Below are positions 25,181 through 37,098 of a stretch of 64,000 nt of DNA, piece by piece. Below the pieces are notes generated by a model. That model saw nothing but the letters and a program-made list of their open reading frames with translations. It did no database searches and was not told the DNA's origin. A program made the position numbers and the translations under genes. Location: assembly GCA_038087875.1 (NCBI GenBank), contig JAXLNO010000575.1, forward strand, positions 62,001 to 126,000. The letters run 5' to 3'. The stretch comes from Malacoraja senta. Lineage: Eukaryota. How positions within the stretch are numbered: the first letter of the stretch is position 1; each line of letters begins with the position of its first letter.

Positions 25181-28100
25181 GCAGCCTCTCTGCTCACCCA
25201 CTGCTGGCTTCTCTCTCCACCTGCACCGCTCGTCGCCTCACTGCACCTGCACTGCTGGACGGCCTCTTTGCTCCCTCACTGCTGGACACCTCGCTGCACC
25301 CGCTCTACCGGACGGCCTCTCTGCTCACCCACCGCTGGCTTCTTTCTCCACCTGCACCGCTGGATGCCTCTCTGCACCTGCACCGCTGGACGACCTCTCT
25401 GCGCCCTCGCTACCGGATACCCATCGCTGCTGGACACCTCTCTTTGACTTCTCTGCTGGACACCTCTCTGCGCCCTCACCGCTGGACAACCTCTCTGCCG
25501 CTTCATCATGATCAAATACTCGGCTCTGCGGCTGACTGGTCTCTCCAACAATCACACCCCATCCTGCATCCCAATCATTATACAATTTGGACTTCTGCGT
25601 CGACCCCGTTACATCCCTAGAGGCTCTCGACGCAAGCTTGTCTGCTCCGGCCATGGACATCCCATTCCATCCATCTGCTCACTATCACGCTCTGCCCCCC
25701 CTCAACCGTGTCACCCCCCATCTCAGCTGACCATATGCACTGTCAACTGGGACAACCTCAGATCTCTCCAGCCTGCCCCCATCCCTCCACCCTCTCACAA
25801 TGCCAACTTTGCCCTCCTCAACACCCGGTCGCTCAACAACAAAGCCCTTGCCCTCCATGAACTAATCCTTGACAACACTCTTGACTTCCTTCTGCTCACT
25901 GAAACCTGGCAACAACCCAATGTCTTCTTCTCCCTCAACCAAGCATCCCCATCTGGGTTTAATTATATTTCCAAACCCCGCCCCTCCCGCCATGGAGGTG
26001 GCCTCACTGTTATTTTCAACCAGAACTTTCCGATCGCTGAACTCCCCCTCCCCCCAGTAGCATCATTTGAATTCCTTGCCTTCAAAGCCCTTTCGTCCAT
26101 GACAGTCATCCTCATTTACCGGCCACCTAAACCAAATCCCTCCTTCCTATCTGATTTCACTGAACTCCTCACACTTGTCTCATCTCTCTCCCCACGTCTG
26201 CTGCTACTTGGTGACTTAAACATTCACATGGACTCCCCCACCTGTAAGCTCGCATCTGAATTCGCTTTTCTACTTGACAACTTCTCTCTCACTCAGCACG
26301 TCACCTTTCCCACTCATGACAAAGGTCACATCCTTGACCTGGTCTGCTCCACAAATCAACCGGTACTCGACCTCCATCCATGCCTCTTCCCCCTCTCGGA
26401 TCATAAGCTCATACGGTTCACCATCCCTTCTCCGACACCTCGCCCCCGCTTCCTCCGAGAAATCACCTTCCGTAATCTAAAATCTATCGATCCTCACCAT
26501 CTCTCTGACCTGCTCTCCACCACTCTCCCCCTGGACTCAACCCACATCTCACCTGATGATCTCACAAACCATCTCAATTCCACCTTGTCTACCTCCCTTA
26601 ACACTCTGGCTCCCTCCAAAACAAGAACCGTAACTTTTAATAAATCTTCACCCTGGTACACACCTGCACTTCGTAAGCTGAAACAGATTGGTCGCCGACT
26701 TGAACGACTCATAAAGAAATCACCTCTCACAGTCCACCATGAAGCTTACAAACTCCACCTCACTGCCTACAAAGATGCCCTCATTGCTGCTAAATCTGCA
26801 TACCTCTCCTCCATATTCACTGACCCCTGCCTAAACCACAGAACCCTCTTCTCCACAGTCTGCAACCTCCTCAAGCCTCGAGCCATCACTCTCCCTACCT
26901 CCACTCCGGATCTCTGCAACTCATTCCTCCACTTTTTTGCTGATAAAATTAGCACCATCTATCAATCCCTATCCCCTGTACCCGACTCCCCAGCATCTAC
27001 TCCACCACCTACCAAGGCCCCTCCTTTCAACATCTCCGCTGATCTCCATACCCCTCCCCCTCACTGCTTCCTCTCCCAGTTTGACCCGGTCACCCCTACT
27101 GAAATCTCCAAACTCATCAGCTCTTCCAAACCCACTACCTGCTCCCTTGACCCTCTCCCCACTCCCCTGCTGAAGTCCTGCCTCCCTGCTCTCTGCCCCT
27201 ACCTCACTAATCTTTTCAACTCCTCATTGTCCCAAGGAATTGTCCCCTCTGCTTTCAAAACTGCTGCTGTCACACCAATCTTAAAGAAACCTGGTCTTGA
27301 TCCCTCCTCTCTCATTAACTACCGCCCCATCTCAAACCTCCCCTTTCTTTCAAAAACCCTGGAGCGCATCGTCGCATCACAACTTCATTCCCACCTCCTC
27401 GCGTATAACCTATTCGAACCCCTCCAATCTGGCTTTTGCCCCCTCCATAGCACAGAAACTGCTCTCCTCAAAGTCCTCAATGACCTCCTTACCTCTGCTG
27501 ACTCTGGCTCCCTCAATATCCTCATCCTCCTCGACCTGAGTGCAGCCTTCGATACCGTCAACCACAACATCCTGCTCACCAGACTTAGGGACCTTGGCAT
27601 TGAAGGTTCTGCACTCAGCTGGCTCCGTTCCTACCTTTCCAACCGATCCCACTTCATCTCTCTCCATAACCACACCTCTGCCACAGCCACTGTCACTCAA
27701 GGCGTTCCCCAAGGCTCAGTTCTTGGTCCCCTCCTCTTCATCATCTACATCCTCCCCCTTGGTCATATACTCCGTCACTTCAACCTGGACTTCCACTGCT
27801 ATGCTGATGACACCCAGATCTATCTCAGCACCAAGTCCCCCCACCACCCCCCTCTCTCCCATATCAACTCCTGCCTATCAGCCATCAAATCTTGGATGCA
27901 ACTCAACTTCCTTAAATTAAACAGTAGCAAAACAGAATTTCTCCTCATTGGCTCCAAATCAACACTCACTAAAATTAACAACCCCACTCTCACTATCGAC
28001 GGCACCACTGTCTCCCCATCTCCTCAGGCACGCAACCTTGGCGTGATCCTTGACTCAACCCTCTCCCTTGAGCCTCACATCCGCCATGTTGTCAAAACAT

Positions 28101-28771
28101 CATTTTTTCACCTCTGCAACATTGCAAAAATCAGATCGTCTCTCACACCCCCCGCTGCTGAAAGACTCATCCATGCCTTCATCTCCTCCCGACTGGACTA
28201 CTGTAACTCTCTTCTTTTCGGAATCAATTCCAGCAGCATCAAACGACTCCAACTGGTCCAAAATGCAGCCGCTCGACTCATTACCCACACCAAATCCTGG
28301 CACCACATCACCCCAGTTCTCAAAGAACTTCACTGGCTTCCCATTTCCCACCGGATCACCTACAAAATCCTGGTCCTCACCTACAAAGCCCTCAACAACC
28401 TGGCCCCCCCCTTATCTCATTGACCTCCTCTCCCCCTACCAACCCTCACGGTCCCTCAGATCCACATCAGCTGGTCTCCTCTCCACTCCGAAATCAAACC
28501 TCTGCACTTTTGGAGGCAGAGCCTTCTCCAGGGCAGCTCCCAGGCTCTGGAATTCCCTCCCACAACCGGTCCGAAATTCTGAGTCCCTCACCATCTTCCA
28601 GTCCCGCCTCAAGACCCATCTCTTCACCTCTGCATACCCTTAGTCCCATGTTCCCCTCCCCTCTGTCTTACTGCTCTATTTTGTTTTGTTTATTCCTGAC
28701 TCTCAATTGTAAAGCGACTTTGAGTCCTGAAAAGCGCTATATAAATAAAATCTATTATTATTATTATTATT
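25181..28771 (+). mobile_element. L2-clade LINE, near full length, single-ORF type, inserted in L1 copy E
   Basis: Tandemly repeated 5' region 25181-25500; 3' stem-loop gcgactttgagtcctgaaaagcgc and (TAT)n tail. The host L1 sequence resumes at tatataaagtactgc with a few bp missing and no TSD. Confidence 0.93.
25508..28643 (+). CDS. L2 APE-endonuclease/reverse transcriptase; one +1 frameshift in the C8 run at 28404-28411
   Basis: 971-aa ORF with LLNTRSLNNK, LTETW, LLGDLN, SDH, QSGF, LLDLSAAFDTV, GVPQGSVLGPLLF and YADDTQ. The C-terminus PYLIDLL..RSLRS..GGRAFS..AP.LWNSLP..FQSRLKTHLF continues in ORF 28050..28643. Confidence 0.9.
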
Positions 28772-31033
28772 ATATAAAGTACTGCAAAAATGTAATATGG
28801 GAGAGAATTTTATTGTATGGGTAAAATTATTATATGATAAACTGACGGCAAGAATATTAACTAATAATATGTTATCTCCAAAATTTCAATTATCGAGGGG
28901 CAATAGGCAGGGATGTGCTTTACCACCCCTGCTATTTGCCCTTATGATAGAGCCCTTGGCTGAAAGTATAAGAACTCATCCAAATATTCGGGGATATAAT
29001 ACTGACTCAAATAATAAAATTTCATTATACGCAGACGATATACTTCTATACATTACAAATTCACAAACGAGCATACCAAACTTATTAAATTTAATACAGG
29101 AATTCGGTTCTTTGTCTGGATATAGAATAAATTGGAATAAAAGTGAAATCATGACGTTAAAACCTCAAGAATGTACACACCTATTAAAATTCCCCTTTAA
29201 AATTGGAACAGAAAAATTTAAGTATTTGGGTATTCAAATTACTAGAAAATACAAAGCATTATTTAATGCAAATTTTATGCCTTTATTAAATAAACTGAAC
29301 GCGTTGATCAAATTCTGGAAAACACTTCCGTTGTCATTAATAGGCAGAATAAACCCTATGAAAATGATCTTTTTACCACAAATGTTATACCTATTTCAAT
29401 CTATACCATTATATATACCCAAAAACTTTTTCAAAAAACTAGACTCTAATATTACCAATTTTATATGGGACTATAGATCTCATAGAATTCAAAGAAAACA
29501 CTTGTGTAAACCCAAAGACGTTGGGGGTCTTTCACTTCCGAACTTTTTGTATTATTATTGGGCAGTGCATATTAAGAATATAATTTATTGGTTGGACAGT
29601 CCTACCCAACAGACAGAATGGATAAGAATGGAGAAAGAGGATTGTTCTCCTTGTAACATAGGAGCGATCCTCTTCTCCCCGATAAAACTGAACAACACAA
29701 TATATAAAAATAACCCAATTATACATAATACAATAAGAATTTGGAAACAAATAAAATTATCTTTAAAATTAAGAAACCTATCATTGTTAACGCCAATAGT
29801 GAATAATCCTTCATTTAAACCATCTCTTATTGATAAAACATATAATCAATGGGAAAGAATGGGAATTAAAAGGATCGGTGATATGTATGAAATGGGAAAT
29901 CTGTTATCATTCCAACAATTACAATTAAAATTTAAGCTGAAAAATAACCAATATTTTAAATATCTTCAGATCTGCGACTTCATGAAGAAATACATACAAA
30001 GATATCAAAATATAACTTTAGACCCACTGGAAGAAGCAATGAATATTAAAGCTGACGCACAGAAATTAATATCATATTTATATAATAGTATTTTAAATAT
30101 AGAACTACCATCGACGGAGGCACTTAGAGAAGATTTGGAACGAGAATTAATGATAAAACTCACGAAAGAAACATGGGAAAAGTATTTGATATATATACAC
30201 AACTGTTCGATTAATGTAAGACATAACTTAATTCAATTTAAAATTTTACATAGATTATATTATTCAAAAACTAGACTGAATAAATTCTATCCAAATACTT
30301 CCCCCATTTGTGATAAATGTTTATCCCAAAATGCAACTATAACACACTCTTTTGTTTCCTGCATAAAACTTTATAAATTCTGGAGCGATATCTTTGAAAT
30401 ATTTACAAAATGATTCAAGATAAAAATGGAACCTAACACTGAAATGATTATATTTGAAGTAACGGAAGACGGGAACAAATTGAACTCATCTCAAAATTCT
30501 TTTTTTAATTATGGGTTAATAACGGCAAAAAAACGTATACTTAAATTTTGGAAAAATACACCCACACCAACGCTTAAAATGTGGATTTCAAACATGTTGG
30601 ACACCGCACATCTTGAAGAAATGCGATTCCTCCTAATAGATAAATCAGACCAATTCTTAACGAGTTGGTCTCCATTTATCGACTTTTTGGAAGGATATGG
30701 TGGAACAAAATCGTAGAAACTAACTGTTTCAAGACTCGGTGAAGGATGGTCAAGAATATAAATAACGATCTCCTTAATTTCCTACTCTCTACTCTTTCTC
30801 TTTCTCTCTCCTTTTCTTTTCTTCACTTTCCCTCATTCCCCCCTTTTTCCTTTTCACACACCATACATCACACGTTTTTCTATCTTTTATTATCTATTCT
30901 CTCTTTCTCTCTTTCATTATTTAAAAAAAAATAAGAAGCTGTACATAAAATGTAACATGTCAATATATATTAGGCACCTTGGTGCCATATTACTGTACTT
31001 ACTTCTAATAAAATTAAAACAAAGAAAAAAAAA

Positions 31034-31597
31034 GACAATAGACAATAGGTGCAGTAGTAGGCCATTCGGCCCTTCGAGCCAGCACCGCCATTCAATGCGA
31101 TCATGGCTGTTCATCTCCAATCAGTACCCCTTTCCTGCATTCTCCCCATTTCCCCTGACTCTGCTAGCTTTAAGAGCCCTATCTAGCTCTCTCTTGAAGG
31201 TATCCAGAGAACCTGCCTCCATCACCGTCTGAGGCAGAGAATTCCACAGACTCACAACTCTCTGTGTGAAAAAGTGTTTCCTCGTCTCCGTTCGAAATGG
31301 CTTATCCCTTATTCTTAAACTGTGGCCCCTGGTTCTGGGCTCCCCCAACATCGGGAACATGTTTCCTGCCTCTTGTGTGTCCAAACCATTTATAATCTTA
31401 TATGTTTCAATAACATCTCATCTCATCCAGAGTATACAAGCCCAGCCGCTTCATTCTCTCAGCATATGACAATCTAGCCATCCCTCAATAACAAGAATGT
31501 CCTTCCTCAAATTTCGAGACCAAAATTGCACACAATACTCCAGGTGTGGTCTCACTAGGGTCCTGTACAACTGCAGAAGGACCTCTTTGCTCCTATA
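31034..31597 (-). mobile_element. CR1 3' fragment
   Basis: gacaatagacaataggtgcag tail; ORF 31121..31384(-) RTRGHSLRI..FFTQRVVSLWNSLP. Confidence 0.85.
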
Positions 31598-32236
31598 CTT
31601 GTGTCCCGTTGAGTAACTCCACAATCTTGTGTCTATTCTTACTTTTCAGCAGCAAGAGGTTTGTAAACACAATACTCAAGAGAGGGCTTAATAAACAAAA
31701 CAAAAGGTCAACAAATAAAACACGTGTACACATGGAAAGGACAGGTTTAGATGGGTTTGGGCCAAGCGCAGGCCGGTGGGACTAGTGTAGATGGGACATG
31801 TTGGCCGGTGTGGGCAAGGTGAGCCGTAGGGCGTTTCCACGCTGTATCACTCTACGACTAACAAAAATCAATATCATACAAAACTTTATAAAATATATAA
31901 TCTATATAACTAAAAGTCTCATCTTGACCATTTCCTGTCTGCACTGTATATTGATTTTAGAAACAGAGTGCAGTGGAGGCCAAATCACTGGATGGATTTA
32001 AGAGAGAGTTAGATAGAGCTCTAGGGGCTAGTGGATTCAAGGGATATTGGGAGAAGGCTGGCACGGGTTATTGATAGGGGACATGTTTCTATGTTTCTAT
32101 GAAACAACGCTACCCTGTATCGCTGTGATGTTTGGCCATCTTACTCACAGTCCTCCTCCGCTGTGCCAGCCATGAGGATTTTTCCCAATGATGAAAAATA
32201 AAAAAGTTATGAGTGTTTAAAAAATATTGAGATCAG

Positions 32237-32407
32237 CTGATTGGTCCTCTCGCCTGTCAATCACCACGATGAAGGTAACGCCCCTTCTGGGCGGGGGGGC
32301 AGGACTATAAAACCCCAGATGCCTGGACTTCATTCAGTCACTTTGGAAGATCGCGAGGAAGAGGCCACGACTGTCATTCTAAGCTGTGAATCAACTGAAA
32401 GGTGAGT
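32237..32407 (+). promoter_or_regulatory. Putative Pol II promoter plus short noncoding first exon near the Helitron 5' end
   Basis: Reverse CCAAT (ctgattgg 32237-44), GC box gggcggg (32289-95), TATAAAA (32306-12), Inr-like tcattc/tcagtc (32330-39), donor AAG|GTGAGT (32401/32402). Confidence 0.4.
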
Positions 32408-32449
32408 CTGCAATGTACTTGCAATAAATGATTTGTTAGCCCTTAATGA

Positions 32450-35400
32450 CAATGTTTGGCCTGCTGCCCTACCTGAGCTGAAACTGCAATGCTTAATTGG
32501 AAATTAAATGAAATGAAATGAAATGAAATGACAATGCCATGAGTTGTTTGGCCTGCTGCCCTGCCTGTGCTTGAAATTGCAATGCTTAATTGGAAATGAA
32601 ATGAAATGACAATGCCCTGAGTTGATTGGCCTGCTGCCCTGGCTGTGCTGGAAACTGCAATGGTTAATTGGAAATGAAATGAAAATGCCATGAGTTGTTT
32701 GGCCTGTTGCCCTGGCTATGCTTGAAACTGCAATGCTTAATTGGAAATGATAAGAAATGACAATGCCATCAGTTGTTTGGCCTGCCGCCCTGGCTGTGCT
32801 TGAAACCAACGGCGGAAAACCCGGGGGGGCCAGAGGGGACGTGTCCCCTCCATGTTTTCAGAGGTTACAAGCTTTGTAAGTTATGTTACAAGCTTTGTAA
32901 GGTATGTCGGGTTTTTCGTTCGTTTAAAGTCGTTGGAGTCGATACGTTCGATTCGAGTCGTTCGTTCATTACTGCATTCCTCTGACAAAAAAACGATGTG
33001 CTAACTGTCTTTGTGACTGTTAACTGCCATCGATCCCATTCCTGCATCCTTAGTAATTATAATTGTGTTACATTGTTTTCGTGTCAGAGGAATGGAATGG
33101 AGTGTTATATGCCTCGAATCATCTGAGTTTTAATGACATTGTCTATTGTCTATCTCCCATTAATTTTATTCAAAGGATCGCGAAATACTTGTGTTAACTG
33201 TCTGCCATTGTTGCATCGAAATCCATTCATTAATCCTCATAATATAATTGTATGAACTGACCTTGCTTCAAGTATGATGCATTCCTTTGAATTAAATTAA
33301 CGGGAGATGCATTTAAAATGTCAGGCACGAGCACAATTATCATTTGAACTTGTGGAGGCTGATTTGTGAACATCGAAATGTCTGACGGTCCAATGCGGAG
33401 ATGTTTGAAGAGAAGGCATCCAGACAATACTTCATTTCAAAAGGAGAAACAAAGAACACTGCATTCATTTTTCATGCGGGTACCACTTTCCAAAAGGTAT
33501 ATTTTAAGTGCTGATCTCAACTACCTATCTTTTCTCATTTCACTTTTATATTTTGTATGAATATTATTGCATGGAAGAAACTGCAGATAATCTACCATAT
33601 TATGTGTGAGCAGCCCGTTCTTATTCAGTAATACCATCCATGAAAGAATGCTACTTAATCATATAGTTTACCTGGGACTTGCACTTATATAATTACAGAG
33701 GCTTGCGACGTTCATCTGCTCTACAGTTTGCAATTAATGATAGGAAACAAATTTCATTCCAATGTACAATTTAGGGTCAAAGTTCCCTTCGGCGTTTTAA
33801 GTGCATTAGATAAACTTGTCATAAAAATAACATAAATCATATTTACTAATTGAAACTTAACTTTTGGCAAATTTTTAATGATTTAACAATTTGAACTTTG
33901 TAATGTAACCAGCTTTTAAACACAAACTTTCCAGTTTTAACTTCTAAGTGAAATATCGATGTTCTAAAGAAGTCAAGCTGTAGCTGACTAAATTTAAAAT
34001 TGGCGAGAAAGCGCAACTATTATGTTCAGGTTTTCCAATGTATTTTTATTTGCCTCTGTAATAATTTGGGGGAAATAAAAAAGTTGACATGACAATTTAA
34101 ACACAGACACAATCGTAAACTAACAATTCACACTTGTAAATATTGATGTAAATGCGAGGACAGAACTTGTGGGCGGAAAGTTCCAATGTTTTGTGTTTTG
34201 ATTCTGTCAATGGAGCTCGCAGTGTAATGTTATATAAGCAAAGATTCCCATCTGTTAGCCATCTAGCAACAGATGGGGAAAGAGCCATTGGTCAGGCTGG
34301 TAAAGTGAAGGCTCCTGCAGGGGTTCCTGCTGTTGCACTGGGGAATTAGTGGGGGAATCTGCTGCTGTTGAGATCTCCGTGAGAACCGGATCGAAATATA
34401 AAATAAAGTAAAGTAAATTCATTTATATAGCACTTTTCAATCAATTTCAATCAAAGAAGCCAAAGTGCCTTACAGAGGAAATTATCCATATAAATAATAA
34501 AAAGAGGTAGAAAAAAATGACACAACACACTATAAGAGATTCAACACGAACATCCCCCCACAGCAGAAACTACACTCTCCACTGTGAGGGAAGGCACTAA
34601 AATGTCCAGTCCTCCTCCTCCTAGTCCACCCGAGGTGGGGGCCACCGCAGCCAGTCGCCGCAACGGCAGCCCGATCATTATAGGCCCACCCGCCGGGAAG
34701 CTGGAACACCGGCATCGGGTGGAAAAGTCCTCAGCGGCCCTGAAGTGTCAGGAGCGGCCACTCCTTCCCTGGAGACTGCGACGCCCGTAGTCTTCAGGCC
34801 GCGCCGGTTGGAGCTTCGACTCCGCGGTGTTTTTGATCCAGCGCCACCCACCCGCGCCGGGATGTCCTCAAACCGCAGACCGCAGACCGCAGACCGCAGA
34901 CCGTAGACCGCAGACCACAGACGTTGCTCGATGTTGGTGGTTGGTGGTCAGATTCCAGACGGCGTGTATTTGGAAGTTTTCACTTGTCTAAATGAATATA
35001 ACTAGGTGTTAATAATACTAATAAAATATTATAACTGTGTTAATGATACTAATAAAGTGTTGCTAAATACCAATTCTTGTGAATCAAACTTTCATTGTAA
35101 CCCTTTTTACAAATTTCTAACATTTTGTGAGGGAATTTGAATTCGTATGAACTACATTTCTAAGTTCTTTATTAGAGAAATCCATACATTTTATTTTTTT
35201 TACTTGGGTCTCATTTATGTTCATGAATGTTGTAATCAGATATTGGCGTTACATGAAGTAATTGACAAAAATTGAATACAATTGAATTCAGATTGTGTCT
35301 TGAAGTTATGAATGTATGATTTCCATCGTGAATCATTTCCAAATAGAGGGAGGGAATCTCCACCTGTAGATTGAATTGAATTGAATTGAATTTCCTTTAT

Positions 35401-36260
35401 TGTTATTCAAAGAAGTCTGAACAAAATTTCGTGCATGACAGTTGCATAGAAACATAGAAAATAGGTGCAGGAGGAGGCCATTCGACCCTTCGAGCCAAAG
35501 GCAACAAAGCACACAATTACAGAGACCAAATGCTTCTGCAGATTATAAAGCAATTTTATTAACTAATTGACACCCTCTATTTTTAGAGCTGGCAATTGGG
35601 GAAAAAAATGTTTAATACATCCAAGAATACAAAGAATACAAAGTATTAGGTTGCATATAATGCAGATCATTTATATATTGCTTGGTTTTAATAGCTCGTA
35701 CTGTAATTTCCATACTAGAGCAACCACAGATTTAAAAAAAACACTGGACATCATGCTGGACAGTGGACAACATAATATAGGACAGGACAAGCTGCTTGAA
35801 AGTATCCTGTCCTATATTATGATGTCCAGTGTTTTTTAAATCTGTGGTACAGATCTGCACTAATTGACGCATTCTAACGGTAACGGCCCCGTAGTAGAGG
35901 TATCCACGTCGCTGGGCTGGAAACTGGAAGAATCCCGAGCTAATTACCGTTCACAGGGCGCACGGCTGAAGCTTCCGATTCATCGCTTGTGTGTGTGAGT
36001 GTGCGCATGCGCGCGCGGCCGCCAAGAAATTGTGCCCCTCCTGTCCCGGGTCCCCTCCATGTTTTGACAGCGGATTCCGTCTCTGCTTGAAACTGCAATG
36101 CATAATTGGAAATGAAAGGAAATGACAATGCCATGAGTTGTTTGGCCTGCTGCCCTGCCTGTGCTCGAAGCTGCAATGCTTAATTGGAAATGAAAGGAAA
36201 TGACAATGCCATGAGTTGTTTGGCCTGCTGCCCTGCCTGTGCTTGAAACTGCAATGCTTT
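32450..36260. repeat. ~75-85-bp tandem repeat array (32450-32806 and 36086-36260) split by the hAT insertion
   Basis: Unit gttgtttggcctgctgccctgcctgtgcttgaaactgcaatgcttaattggaaatgaaatgaaatgacaatgccatga. Confidence 0.85.
32807..36085 (+). mobile_element. Non-autonomous hAT-like DNA transposon with 8-bp TSD
   Basis: TSD cttgaaac at 32799-32806 and 36086-36093. Imperfect TIRs caacggcggaa / (rc) cagagacggaa. Subterminal motif tcccctccatgtttt near both ends. Confidence 0.7.
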
Positions 36261-36308
36261 GTTAGGTCCGACTGTGTTTGGAAGGAATAAATGGTTTATT
36301 AGGTCCGA

Positions 36309-36678
36309 ATGGGGTTGGACAGGCTAAATGCAGGAAGATTGTTCCCGATGTTGGGGAAGTCCAGGACAAGGGGTCACAGCTTAAGGATAAGGGGGAAATC
36401 CTTTAAGACCGAGATGAGAAAAAACGTTTTCACACAGAGAGTGGTGAATCTCTGGAACTCTCTGCCACAGAGGGTAGTTGAGGCCAGTTCATTGGCTATA
36501 TTTAAGAGGGAGTTAGATGTGGCCCTTGTGGCTAAAGGGATCAGGGGGTATGGAGAGAAGGCAGGTACGGGATACTGAGTTGGATGATCAGCCATGATCA
36601 TATTGAATGGCGGTGCAGGCTCGAAGGGCCGAATGGCCTACTCCTGCACCTATTTTCTATGTATCTATGTATCTATGA
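36309..36678 (+). mobile_element. CR1 3' fragment
   Basis: ORF 36309..36578 GLDRLNAGRLFPMLGKSRTRGHSLRI..WNSLP; (ctatgtat)n tail. Confidence 0.85.
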
Positions 36679-37098
36679 ATGTGCTTGGAAGGAATAAATG
36701 CTTTATTAAGTCCGACTGTGTTTAGCCCAAAGGTCCCGCTCATTCCGTGACTTCCGCTTAGTGGACAGGTCGCGCTGATTGCGTAATTTCTGGTAAGTCC
36801 CGTTGACTGCGGAAGCCCCATAGTGGAGAAGCCGCGCTCAGCCATGTGAGTAGATTCAAGAAAGTCTGCTGTCATATATACAGTGGCTTGCAAAAGTATT
36901 CATACCCCTTGAACTTTTCCACATTTTGTCACTTTACAACCACAAACGTAAATTTATTTTATTGGGATTTTATGTGATAAACCAACACAAAGTGGCGCAT
37001 AATTGTGAAATGGAAGGAAAATTATACATGGTTTTCAAATTTTTTTACAAATAAAAAACGGAAAAGTGTGGCGTGCAAAAGTATTCAGCCCCCCTGAG

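Larger units (their letters stand above)
14525..31033 (+). mobile_element. L1 copy E (spacer, ORF2 23341-30716, 3'UTR/polyA), split by nested L1 D (which contains L1 C) and by an L2
   Basis: The spacer at 14525-14950 resumes at ~23109 (ccaccttagttggcttctcgttttt|aagatatcttctcttagatacc), collinear with the copy C spacer at 15400-15460. ORF2 pieces: 23341, 23504..24028, 24221..24913, 25004..25180 and 28797..30716. A-rich tail ~31010-31033. Confidence 0.8.
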
